Source: Trichosphaerium sp. ATCC 40318 (Eukaryota; Protista; Tubulinea). From it: 64,000 nt of DNA. The notes beneath the pieces were generated by a model. It saw only the letters and a program-made list of their open reading frames with translations. It was not told where the DNA came from and did not search any database. Where the stretch lies: NCBI GenBank assembly GCA_038496445.1, contig JALMLS010000232.1, forward strand, positions 62,001 to 126,000. The letters run 5' to 3'. A program made the position numbers and the translations under genes. The number at the start of each line of letters is the position of its first letter. Within the stretch, counting starts at the first letter, position 1. Shown here in pieces: positions 1 through 12,166 of the stretch.

Positions 1-943
1 TGAAGCTACTTCCAACAAAGATAAGTTCTTTTCCAGCTTTTCTTACGAGTTCAGCACCAATAAATCCTATTATTAATGAGGTCATTAAAAGCGACAGGGT
101 TTACATACCAGGCATAGCAGAGCGAACGCCATACTTTCTTGCCTCATAGTTTGCTGTTGATATCATTTTTCTACCGCCAACAGCAACAGGATGGTTCTAG
201 TTTAACCAACAGTTAGTATGATAAACTACCAATTGTTTTTGATTGGCAATTGTACCTTAAGTTCAGGGTTATCACGTTCTTCTACAGAAGCAAAAAATGC
301 ATCCATATCAAGATGAAGCCATCTTTAACAAGAAAAAGTTAAAAGTTCAATATTTCTTGCTTTTTTTTTCCTAGTACGTTTTGGACACATCACGTGATTC
401 TTCTAATTTCTTGACCATCTCATCAACCACACGTTTATCATTTGATGTCACTCTCACATGAACAAGCCATTTTTTCAATGCTTCAATCTTTTCTTGGTTC
501 TTTTTGTTCGCTTCTTGCTTAAACTCATAATACTTTGATCCCCTTGTCTGCTTCAAAATAGACTCATTAACAGAAGCGCTATCAACCTTTTCAAGCCCAC
601 ACTTGTTGGTATTAAGCTTAAGAGAACGTGGCAGTGCTTGAGAACTAACTGGAGGCAAGATGGCCGATGACTGAGCTCTTGAAGACTGATCAATCACGGC
701 GTCATTGGATTCATCTTCTGGTTTGTTTTCAATATGCTGCGAGTCAGCCAAGTCAAACTCCTCGTCATCATCGTCCAGATCTCCAAAATCCTCAAATACA
801 TTCTGTGGTACAGGTGGCTCAACTGTCAGGTCAATAATAGTGTTTGAGGACTCGTGAGAAGTTAAGTCTATTTGGGTTGGTTTGATAAGCGTTTTCTTTG
901 GTTCTGGTGAATTTAAAGGCATGTGAGGATGGTTTAGGCGCAT
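1..943 (-). CDS. POLK: DNA polymerase kappa (Y-family, DinB-like), 5' part; runs off the left edge
   Basis: N-clasp-like GLEKVD..ILKQTRGSKYY, then spliced exons HLDMDAFFASVEERDNPELK, PVAVGG, ISTANYEARKYGVRSAMPG; short GT-AG introns. Confidence 0.92.
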
Positions 944-1515
944 GCTACTGTTTGTTAGTCTGCTTGATAGATTTTGTGGTTTTTGAGGAAAAACGTTAAA
1001 TGTAGAATGCTAGGATACGCTAATGAAGCGTTGTAGACGGTTTACAGCGACTTTTTAGGAGAAAATGATTGGGTAATAACTAATGTTATTGTTTTGGCAC
1101 CTGTACGTTGTAAATACTTGCCTTGTGTTGTTTGGGTGCGTTTGTAGAGACATGTGCACATGATTACCGTTATTTTCTAACCGCCGGTCCTATGCGAGAA
1201 TTAATAACTCTGTACTGATTTCTACGCGTGAATACACGCATTGCAGACTTTATGTCAAACGCGTACGCTTGTTTCGTCCATAATACAATTCAGCGTACTG
1301 TATGATACAACGGGGTACCTCTTATGCTTGTACACGCGTATGAGGAGTGCGAACAAACAATTTATAGCAATGTTATTGGAAAATTTTGACCAATGTAGAC
1401 TGTCTTATCAGTAATTCGTTGAAAAAGCAAAGCAAGAATAAAAACCGATCGCACCGTCCTATTGCCATTTGTCTTCCGGCGAGCCGATACCACGCTATGT
1501 GTCAGTATACAACAA

Positions 1516-1586
1516 GGGATTGTGGAGTAGGGGTAACTCGCTAGACTTTCAATCTAGAGCCAGGGGTTCGATTCCCCTCTTTCTCG
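1516..1586 (+). tRNA. tRNA with UUC anticodon (Glu), atypical acceptor stem
   Basis: D stem GAGT/ACTC; anticodon stem CTAGA/TCTAG with loop CT-TTC-AA (anticodon 1548-1550); T arm AGGGG-TTCGATT-CCCCT; acceptor GGGATTG/CTTTCTC has two T:T mismatches. Confidence 0.8.
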
Positions 1587-1694
1587 AACAACATAAAGTC
1601 GTCATCATTGCACAAACATAATGTTGATGATATTTTTATTTAATTATGTACTGAGTTTATTTACAAAAGCTGCGACGAGGTGCCACACTGGTTT

Positions 1695-2878
1695 TTATGC
1701 GCTTGATGTTATTGCGTAGCTTACGGTATCACCAGCACTTTCAATCTTTTTACCGCCATCAGGGAACCTCTCACCGCGTTCAGGTAGTCTATAATCGATA
1801 CCTTCTTCAGTACAAAGTGAACGTACGTGTTCCACGTGATCGTAAATATAAGTGCCTAATAACAAGCATTAGATAAAAAGACACATGAAGTAATAAACAG
1901 TTTGAACAAGGCTCATGAAAAAAAAAATGGAAAAACAAAGTACCTCCAAGCCAAGTTGGTATGTTCCATATTGGGATATGTGCAGTCAGACTTTTAGTTT
2001 TGGTAAGAGATACACAGCGACTGTATTTCTTTGGTAGCATCCAACCGAATAGTTTCCATCCAAAAGTCACATACCAAGGCGCATCAATCACAAGAACTTT
2101 CCAATCAGCTATTGGTAAAGCATCCCGGAATGTTTCACATATCTTATCGTCTCCTTCCTTATCTCTTGAATCGCTATCTTTAGGACAGTCTTTGAACATG
2201 TCATTACAATCAACAGCAAACGTTAAGCCATTTTCAAGAGTATCCTTACTACGTAATAGGTAAACAACAAGCAGCAAAAAAAAAGTAGATCAAAGAACAG
2301 TACCTTCTCAATGCTTGAAGCATAGTGTATACAGCCATTTGTACTGCTGAGCTTCTTTGGTCTTTGGAACAATCTGTTATATTCCTTGGTAAAACGCTAA
2401 TTATTTGTTTTCCAGTGTTATCACGTGCTCCAGGTAGCACAGCCTAAAAAGCTTGTCAGATTTCAGTTATCGATAACAAATGACTTACAAATGCTCCAGC
2501 CTCGTAAGATTGTATACATTGGCTAAGAGTAAACGGACCATACTCAATATCCATTTCCTAAAATCTAGGGTTAGTTCCACATCGACGTCTTTAGGGTACT
2601 TCTTGAACGTACACGAAATTTAAGAAGTGATTTATACGCATAGTCAACATCCCATTTGCGTCCAATAAGGAAAGCATGTACAAGATCAGGTTGTCTTAGA
2701 AAATATTTACCATGGTCCAACTCTTCAACTTTCGCATTAAGTGTGTTTAGACGCTATAAAAGAAAAAAACAATCAGAACCAAAACAAGACTACTAAAAAT
2801 ATACAATACCTGTTGTTGGGTTTCGGTAATAGTGGTGTTTGATTCTTCAGGTAAGAAAGTAAAGTGAGTAGATGTCAT
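1695..2878 (-). CDS. CRAL-TRIO (Sec14-like) lipid-binding protein, multi-exon
   Basis: AFLIGRKWDVDYAYKSL (CRAL-TRIO N), LPGARDNTGKQI, VLVIDAPWYV..GWKLFGWML, IPTWLGG. Confidence 0.85.
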
Positions 2879-3381
2879 TGTTGTTGTAGTTAGTAGTTTA
2901 TGAGTAGTTGTAAGTTGATACTTTAAGTAATCATTTTGCACTTAAGTGAGGTACTCGCACATAAAAAAATCCCGGACTCCGTCATAAACCGCTAAAGGCA
3001 TTTAATAGCCCAGTGAAACCATTATATTCATTCTTGAACATGTAGTACCCTTCCGGCATATTTTTCTGTCCGACAAGTACCAAAATCTTGCGAAAGCAAA
3101 CCAAGGCAACTATTCGTATAAGTTGTAAAACAAACATCCTAGATTATGAATTTCGGAATTTTGGCTAGCGTAAAAGAAGCGCAGTTGGTGCAAACACAAT
3201 TCAAAGAAAAGAGCTTTGTGGAAACTTAAATTCTTTTTTACCTCGAGACAACTTTATTTAGAATGTAGTATACGTAACATTATACAGTATACAACCATTA
3301 GTATTCATATACAATATTCCAGTGCCATCCTTAGTAAAATTACAAGACCATAAAAAGCCTGAAAAGTTGTTTTGTTTTTGG

Positions 3382-6300
3382 TTATCTCTTCTTGCCAACA
3401 AATAGAGACATGAAAGGACTTCCAGGTACGTATTTCTTAAGCTTCAGAAGAGTTTTACAAATCTTATGGACTTTGTCCAAGCTTTCACAACTACATTTTG
3501 GATCTTCCATAGAATACGTTGCTTTTTCAGACAGTTGTTCATACCTGGAAAAAAACATTAGTTAAGAAAAAAAGAAAACATCTGGTAAGTTTTAGCGTCA
3601 TAATAATTTGACTACCAAGTATAGCGTTTTAAAGATATGTTGTATGATATATTGAAATATAGACGTACATTATCTTTTTATGAAATACATTGCCTTGCTT
3701 ATCAATATAAGTAAGGACAAATGCACCCATATCAGTATTTGAGAAACGACATAAATAAGAGCTATGTTTTGTCTGTTGCCAGTGATTGGTGACAAGACTT
3801 GCTGCTTTTTGTGCGTTTACAAACCCATGAAACCACCTATTAAAAGTTAAAAATGAGAGGCCTTTTGCAACCAACAAGGCTCGAGCCTTTTCAAAAAAAC
3901 AAAAACTGAAAAAAACTTATTAAAAAAAAACTATCAATGCAACAAGTTGTTCAATGCGTACGGTCTTGAGAGTATATGAGTAAGTGTTCTGAAAAAGTCT
4001 TCTACAGGAGAGAATGGTCCAAACCAAGATCCAACATAACAAAATCTCTCAAAAGACACAGTATCATCGTATTGATCACCTACAGAAAAAAATTAGAAAG
4101 GTTTTTTTCGTGCTTTGTTTTGTTTTCACGTACACAATACAGCGTTGAAGCATTTGACGTGTATGGTCTTAAGTTTCGAAAAATCAAGTTGTAGCGTTTC
4201 AATAAATATCTCCTCAAACATCTGATAAGGTACTTTAACTCGTTTCTATAAAACAACTCAGTCACGTGATATTTTTTCGAACATTTTGGTTTGTGAAAAC
4301 TCTATTTTTTTTTTGAGCTGAGCGTACCCTACAACGCCACAATTTCTTACAGATCTTTTTGCCTATTGGGTCAGGACACATTACATCTGTTATTATTTGG
4401 TCATATTTCTTTAGAATTTCGTTAAAGTGCCATCTAGAAAAAGCGCAAAGGTTAGATGATTGCAATAAAGTGCTTCTCTACCTCTTATTGGCATCTTGAT
4501 GCCAGCAATTAACCAACAAGTCTTTAAGCGTCTGTGGCCATAGAGGGAAAAGAGCAGGTCTATGTCCGGATAGAATATGCTTTGTTAACTCCTCTTTACC
4601 CTTAATACTTGGAAACAAGGGTTGAAGAGTCATTAATTCCCACAACATCAAACCAAAACTAGAATAAAAAAAATTAGTTCACTGCTATAAAAAACAAGTC
4701 ATGCTCTTTTTTGTCGTTACCTGTAGACATCTGTCTTGTCACAATAATCAAAAACAGATATTGTAGAGTCATATCTCGCACGTAAAATTTCAGGTGGAGA
4801 GTACTTAACATTCCCTTTAAACCCTCTACAGACTGTATCTGGTTTAAGATGAAGACTTAAACCAAAATCACTAATTTTAACTGTCCAATCATCAGCAACC
4901 TAACAATGTCAGTTCAAATAAATCAAACATCATTAAATAAGAGCATTACCAATAGATTGGCAAGTTTAAGATCTCTGTGAATAATATTATGAGCGTGAAG
5001 CCACTGCAAACCAACGGCGATATCCAAACAAATAAGCAATCGTCTTGGTAAACTATGAATTTCTTGCAAGCACTCCTAAAAGAAAAACAAAAATGTGAGC
5101 GAATGCACGTGTACAAGTATCAATATAAACAGCATATAATTCAAGTACCTTAAGATTACCTCTACCAAGGTATTCTGTAACAATAACAACTTGATTAAGA
5201 GGAGTAATACAAGTACCCATCAACATACATATGTTTGGATGTTTTAGTATCCTAATAATAAAATCAGCATTAAACAAAAGCAAAAAAAACCCTCTAATGT
5301 TGTTACTACCACCGTGGTACCTCATAAGTTTGAGCTCATGTAAAGCTGCTGCAGCGTCTTTTTCAGTAAGTTCTCTTTTAAGAATTTTACATGCTACAGG
5401 GTGACCATGATACTTCCCTTTGTATACATCACCATACTTTCCTTCGCCAATTTTTCTTATCAGCGTAATATCTTCCCATCTGCAAAAAAAATATACATAA
5501 GAATCACTCACAACACTAAACACGATGTGTCTGGTTGTAAAATAAAATACCCAACACCATAAAATACAACTGTACTTACTTTATAATATCATCATCGCTT
5601 AGTTGACTTAAAAACATGTTTGCAATTTTTGAAGGATTACCTCCTCCACGCTTTGTAAGAACATGCATAAGTAAATCAGTCTTTTTCTCGCGTTCTATAC
5701 GTCTCATATTTTTCTCTATAGACCCAAAATAAGGTAAACCAAACATCAAGTATTTCCAGAACAAACACGTTCCAAAAAAAAATTCAAAAAAAAACCAAAA
5801 AAAACGTACCATTTCTCTGGGAGAGGTACTTTAGAGCCAAGGCACTATTCTTTTGTATTTTAGGATCACTACTTGTAAGTAGATTACAAAGAATAGGTAC
5901 AGCTCCTTCTTTACCAATAATACTCTTATTGTTGTCTACAACGCGAGTTAGTCGAAAAAATTGAAAAAAAAAATGGATAAATTGGCTCGTTTCCTTTTTA
6001 GGATTTTAGCAGTTTCTTGCGTACCATTAATCGCCAAATTGCGTAAACACCCTGTAGCCTCTATTTGTAGTCTTTTATCACCTTCTACTATGGCTTCAAG
6101 CAATACTGGAACGCCACCTTGTGCAACAATACCGACTTTGTTTCTATCTAAATGCAAGCGTTAAACATACTATGCGCACGCAATAACGCGATATTTTTCG
6201 AAGAGAGAAAACACCAACATACCATTAACAGATAAATTCCATAGTATAGCAAGCAAGTTTACGCGCAGGAGATAGTTTGAAGACTGTCGAAGCATGTAGT

Positions 6301-6865
6301 TTGAAGAATGACTCAAAACCATAACTGCATACTTTATGAAGCCTTCTTTTGCAAATTTCAGTTGATTGTACTCTATGTAAGTGGTTATGACGCGAGAATA
6401 ATCGAAAAGTGTGACGCAAAACGTATTACTCTAACGTAACGTACCGTTGATAGTGATAATCCTTATCAATCTTGCAGTGTGAAGACGGATAGCACTCCCT
6501 CTACCATTTAATCGACTTTGTAGTGTAGAAGCGCCTTTTCTTCCGGTCAAGTCCCTGTACTCACCTAGAACCGCGTTGGTTACAGAAATAACCCAAAAAC
6601 ATCAATTTAGATTAAAATCATATTGATACGCAACAAATTGCCGAATGATACGTGTGCAATGATAATACTACTGCTTCGATAAAAAAGAGGCCAAAAGTTA
6701 TTTTTTACAACTAATCCAAAAATACGGCGTACTACCACTCGCGCTGAGCTCTATAAGCTTATTTAAAGCGTCAACGGCCTTATCTTCCGCGGAGCGTTCG
6801 CGTAGGACTTGTAAGCACCGGTCGAGCTCTTTTTCAGCAGCAATACTATCGGACTTTTTTGACAT
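3382..6865 (-). CDS. Armadillo-repeat + TKL-group protein kinase + C-terminal SH2 domain (Shk-like)
   Basis: ARM repeats GIVAQGGVPVLL..GCLRNLA and IIGKEGAVPIL; kinase IGEGKYGDVYKG, VACK, HRDLKLAN, DFG, PPE, DVYSFG; SH2 WFHGF..YLCRFS..GAFVLTY. Confidence 0.9.
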
Positions 6866-7285
6866 TCAACATACAGATGGTAATAGCACTCTACCACGAT
6901 TTGAAAAAAACAGAAAAGTAACTTATCAAAAAAAGGTCAAAACAAAACATGGTGTTTACAGAAAATACACTTGAGGGCTTATCACGCTTCGAAGTCGTGC
7001 AATGATAATCGAAAAGCGCAAACACAAGTACTGAAGCTTCACTCTAGTTTATTACCACGTGAGTATCTGAGAATTGCTATTAATTCAAAAACGACTTTGA
7101 TGACACAAAGTATTTTGCCTGTTTTAGCGTAGTACTCCATGTACTATCGAGTAACTTACTGAGTATCAATTTCAATAACTTTATTTGCTTTTAGATGGTG
7201 TACATTATAAAATCCAAACTGAACAACGGTAGTGTGAGCTTATTAATTTTTTTTCGCTAAGTGAAGCCACAAAATTTGTTTTTGT

Positions 7286-8923
7286 TTATTCCCCACCTTC
7301 TTCAGTAGTGGAATCTTTTTCAGCGGCATCATCTTTAGTCTCTTCCTTAGTTTCTTCAGCCTTAGGTGTCTCTTCTTCCTTAACTTCCTCTTTAGTTTCT
7401 TCCTTGGCTTCTTTAGTCTCTTCCTTGGCTTCTTCAGCCTTTGGTGTTTCTTCTTCTTCCGTATCCTCACACTTTTCTTTTGTATCTTTAGGTGCTTCAG
7501 CGGCAGCGCCCCATTTGAGATAAGTGACAACTACAGTAACATTGTCCTCGGTTTTTTTAGCCAAAGCTTGCTCTACTAGCAACTTTGCAACTTTTCTGGC
7601 GGTCTTGCCCTCAGCCTTTAATTGCATTATGAACGCAGCCGCTTCTTCGTGATTCATTACATCCCATAAACCGTCGCAAGCAAGGAGTAAAACTCTGAAG
7701 AAAAACCAGTAAGAAGAAAGAAGGAATAACGCGAGAAAAAACAAAAGAAGGTTTTTTTTGTTTTTGTACCTATCTTCATCTGGGGTGAGAGTGTGAGTTT
7801 GTGTTGCTGGCTCCCATGACACAAAGTTTTGTGTAGTTTTAGGTTTCTTAAATTTGGCGTCTCCAAAGGAGCGCGATACAGCTAGAGCACCTGTACAACG
7901 ATAAATAAAAAGAAGCTTATGACAAAAAAAAAAACCAAGACATACCGAATACTCTGCCGAAAAACACGTGACCACCGAGGTCTTCTATTCGCTTTTTCTC
8001 TTTAGCCAAACTAGCTTTGTGAGGAGTTGTGAGGTTGACTGGTACAATTTCACCGCTAAAAAAAGAGGGTCAGCTGACAAGCCTTAAAATAGCAAATATT
8101 TCAACAAAAAAAATAAAAACAAGGTTTTAACGCACTCCTTTTCTTTAATCAATACGCCTTCAGAATCGCCAATATTGGCTATGTACAATGTCTTATCTAC
8201 AACAATTCCACATACAGCAGTACTACCGTTCATCCAACCCTAAGGCATAAAAATCAGACCAAGAACACCCAAAAAAAGAACATGGTCCAATTTTAAATTA
8301 AAAAAGTCGAAAATAATCCAGAAAATAGATTTAGTAGTACCTTCTCATTACTCAAACTAACTATTGTCTCGTCAGTTTTCTTGAATCCTTCAACTATAGC
8401 GCCATCAACATCACCCGCCTTCCATTTGTCACTATCAATGATACACTTGTGTAAGAGACTTTGAACTAGTTGTGCAGCATCGACCTATAGTTACTCGTTA
8501 CATTTACAATAATTCAAAAAAAAAATCAAAGCTCTAAAAGGCAAGGAGAACACCACAACAGCGGTAACTGTCGTAGCGTAGGTCAATTAAAGTTTGTGAA
8601 TCAAAGCTTAATGTAAATTTGTTCTTTTTGATAAAATATTTACTCCGTTGTGCGTTTAAGGTGTAGGTACAACGCGAGAGTGGGTTTACGTTTAAATTAT
8701 TTGCTTGCATAAATTATTAAAAGCTGATTATAAAAAAAAACCGTACGCCACCATGTCCGTCGTATACTCCGAAGAAGCCAAGGGTTTTGCATTGCTTGTC
8801 TTTTGGTAAATTATTATTGCCATCTTCCAACCAGTCAAAGACGACGTGAGTGTCTTCCATGGTGTCGCGGCGGCCTTGTGCCTCAAAGAAGCCCGATTCG
8901 AATGATAAATGAGGTTCTGCCAT
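7286..8923 (-). CDS. PP2C/PPM-family Ser/Thr phosphatase with acidic low-complexity C-terminal tail
   Basis: GRRDTMED, FGVYDGHGG, NIGDS, LAVSRSFGD, LACDGLWD and DNVT motifs across exons. Confidence 0.93.
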
Positions 8924-10230
8924 GATCGTTGTCTGATATGTTTAGTTTAGCTTTTAAGTGGCCTGTTTGCTTTTTCAAATATTGCCCAGCGCTGAGAAAT
9001 TATGTTTGTGTAAAAATAACACACCAAGAGCGTTACCCGCCTTTGTCAGGTTTTTTTTTGGCTTCACGGCAGTTCTATTTTAGAAAATATAACGTGACTA
9101 TGCTGCCGTAACGACTCTAAGCTCATATTCTCGCTAGTAAAGCGCGAAGCGCAGATTTACTGCGTTAAAGCGAAAAAAGCTAAAGCGCGCTAAAATAATT
9201 GCGCTGGGCGTCTGTTTTAACCAAACAAGTCAAATTATGACTGGGTTGGCGTTAAATTACTTAAAAATCGTCGTACCACCTGATTATGCCTTTATGTATT
9301 ATTTGGTTACTATTCAAAACGCTTGAGAGGCAATTTGAAAGGCAGTAAAGAATTCTAATTTTTTCTCTGGAATAGAATTAAGAAGTCAACAATATCTGCC
9401 GATAATTTTGTTTCACAGCCACGACGTAGCGCTCGGTGATATTCAAGTGAGCGCTCAGATTGTTTTAAGGTGCTACTGGAATACTAAAAAATAACAGGAA
9501 TTTGCCACAAATGCAATTGGACAGTGTCTACAGTACTAGCTATAGCTTTAGATAGCTGTGATCGTAATGTATCGCTCAATTAGATAGAAAACTTTGCATT
9601 AAAAGCGCAGACTCCGTATCCGCAGATGTATTCTTCATTTCTTTTTTGGTATCCTGCTCTATACTCATTTTAACATTAAGGGAGAGTTGCATAGGTCTCT
9701 GGCTTGTTTTATTGTACTTCAAGTGAGTGTAAAACATAGTGTATAGCACTATTACAATGTGTACAAAGCACTGAGAGTAGTGTTGTTTTATATTGTTTAC
9801 CCTGTGAGACCCTAGACGCTGTTGACTTTCGTTTATTTTACGGGCAAAATACGCTTTTTTTTTTACCTCAAGAAAACCTTAAAATCCTTTAAACTACCCA
9901 GTACAGAACTCAACTCATTCTACAAACTTCTAACTCATCCAAAATGCTTACAACAAACAACAATGGTATTAATAACGCCTTTTTTGCGTACAATGTTAAT
10001 TGCGCGGTGTTCTGGCGCGTTATAACAACGCTAGAGTGTTTACCAGCAGTTAAAAAGAGTTGTAGGTTTCTACGCACGCACAAATCCTTCTCCAATGCTC
10101 GATACGCGTTTGTCACTACCTAAATTGCATCCAAGAACGGAATTACAAAATGGCACAGTGCGTGTAAATTTGCCAGGTTCGTACTCCTTCCCAAGGCTTT
10201 TAAATGACCCAATTAGGTTGCATTCAACTC

Positions 10231-11722
10231 ATGCCTCGCCTTGTTGGTCCACCAATATGCATTACACCAAGTCCAGTATACATTCGCGCTGGAAATCATT
10301 TACCCGTAAGTTACGCTAGCGAAAGAATGCTATACGCGTATTTTTTTAGCGCTAACTTATATCTTACGTGCTCCTAACAGTCCTTGGCATCAAACAATTC
10401 AGTACAAGCCAGCAAGTTATCTAAAAAGCGTAACCGAAGGTATACTATTCAATAATTAATTTAAAATGTATCACGTGACCATGTGTAATAATAATTATGA
10501 CTTTTAAGCGATTCAACATCGACAAGATCAATTTCCGCAAAGAGATTCTTTATGAACGCAAATCGTCCAAAAGTGATGGCACAAAGCTCTGATATTAGAA
10601 TGGACGTTATCAATAAGACTCTTGAAGATATGTGGAATAAATCTGTAGCTAACGAACGCCAGGTATGCAAGCTTAGGGTGATTTTATTTGATCAGTGTCA
10701 AGTGTGATTTTTTTTTGTAATGTCAAACTAGAAATTTGTCGATTTAGCGCGAGATGAAACAAGAAGAATGGAAGAAGCTGGCATCGAATTTGACGCTTTT
10801 GGTATCAAGGTATACATATATATTACCTATAAAATCACGTGAGTGATGTTTATATGATTGTAGGAACAACCAAGAAAAAAGAGACCAAAGAAGGACCCAA
10901 ATGCACCAAAAAGAAATATGTCTGCATACTTATTTTTCTCTAACATTAGAAGGTCCATAAAGATATTCTATTGAACATTACTTATGTGTGCTTAGACGTG
11001 ATGTTCAAGATAAACACCCAGAATTAAATTTCACTGAGATTGCTAAAGTACTAAGCAAAATGTGGGCAGAAGCCTCCCCAGAAGATAAAGCTGTACAACA
11101 AAAAGGAATATCGAACTTTATTTCTAAGTGTTGTTTCTTAGGAATTTGAAGAAATGGCAGAAGCTGATAAGAAACGTTACTTTAATCAAAAGAAGGCTTA
11201 TAATGATATGTGCAAAGACCGTGGTATGTTGATTTTGTTTGTTGATCTATTTCTTTTCTTTAATGTTAACACGTGTTGTTCTAGCTATGATGACAGGTTC
11301 ACAATCTCTTCGTATGTTAATGTATCTATTCATTCATTTGCTAATGTTAAATTAAAGCTGTTGGCGGAGTTACTATACAACCAGCACAACAACACAAGTA
11401 TGACTCTTTTGGAGATTTACTATATCATTTTACAGCTTTGTTATTTAAACTACTTTTTTAGTTATGGCACAGTTTCTATGATTAACCCACACACATCAAG
11501 TATCACTGGTAGTCCAGCTCAACACAACTACGACGTACGTCTATACTTGAGTTGGAATTTATTGACACGTGCTGACAATCTCCGTAGGTCGGTCAAGGCA
11601 GTATTAAAGGTCTAGGTATTAATAAAACTAAAAAAAATTCGTTTAGTACATTTACTTATTTCTTTGTTTAAGGTCGCGGTCGCGATGAATTGGCCAGTGG
11701 TATAATTGCGTTCTCGTCATAA
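10231..11722 (+). CDS. Two-HMG-box protein (one degenerate box, one canonical box); start and end approximate
   Basis: KKDPNAPKRNMSAYLFFS..HPELNFTEIAKVLSKMW..FEEMAEADKKRY; upstream degenerate box SAKRFFMNANRPKV..LEDMW. Confidence 0.8.
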
Positions 11723-12166
11723 ATAATACCACAATAATTTGTTCACTTTTATGGACAAGATGTGCCCCTTTATCTTCCCATCACCCACACCCCACTGTTA
11801 CATAATAAATACCGATTCTTATAATCTTGAAAGCTTTTTTGACAAGCAATCAGTCAATTTTGTTGCGTAACAAACAATATATAGACGTGTCAGAGAAGCA
11901 GCTATAATCTGTACATTTTCCACTAGGCACAAATAGTAAACAGTTCTGTGTAAGATACCAAAAGGCTTGACATCTCCAAAACGAACATTGTGCAACTACA
12001 GACGACTAAGATTCTGTTGTTTGTTGTGGTAGCATTACCGGTCATGTGATTAATCTTTTTTTTACTCAATGATGGTATTTATTTGAGTACTGACGAGGGG
12101 TTACCTTTGTGAAATACATTCAATGAATAAGTGAACTACGTAGGTTTGTTTTTTCAAAGTGTTCAA

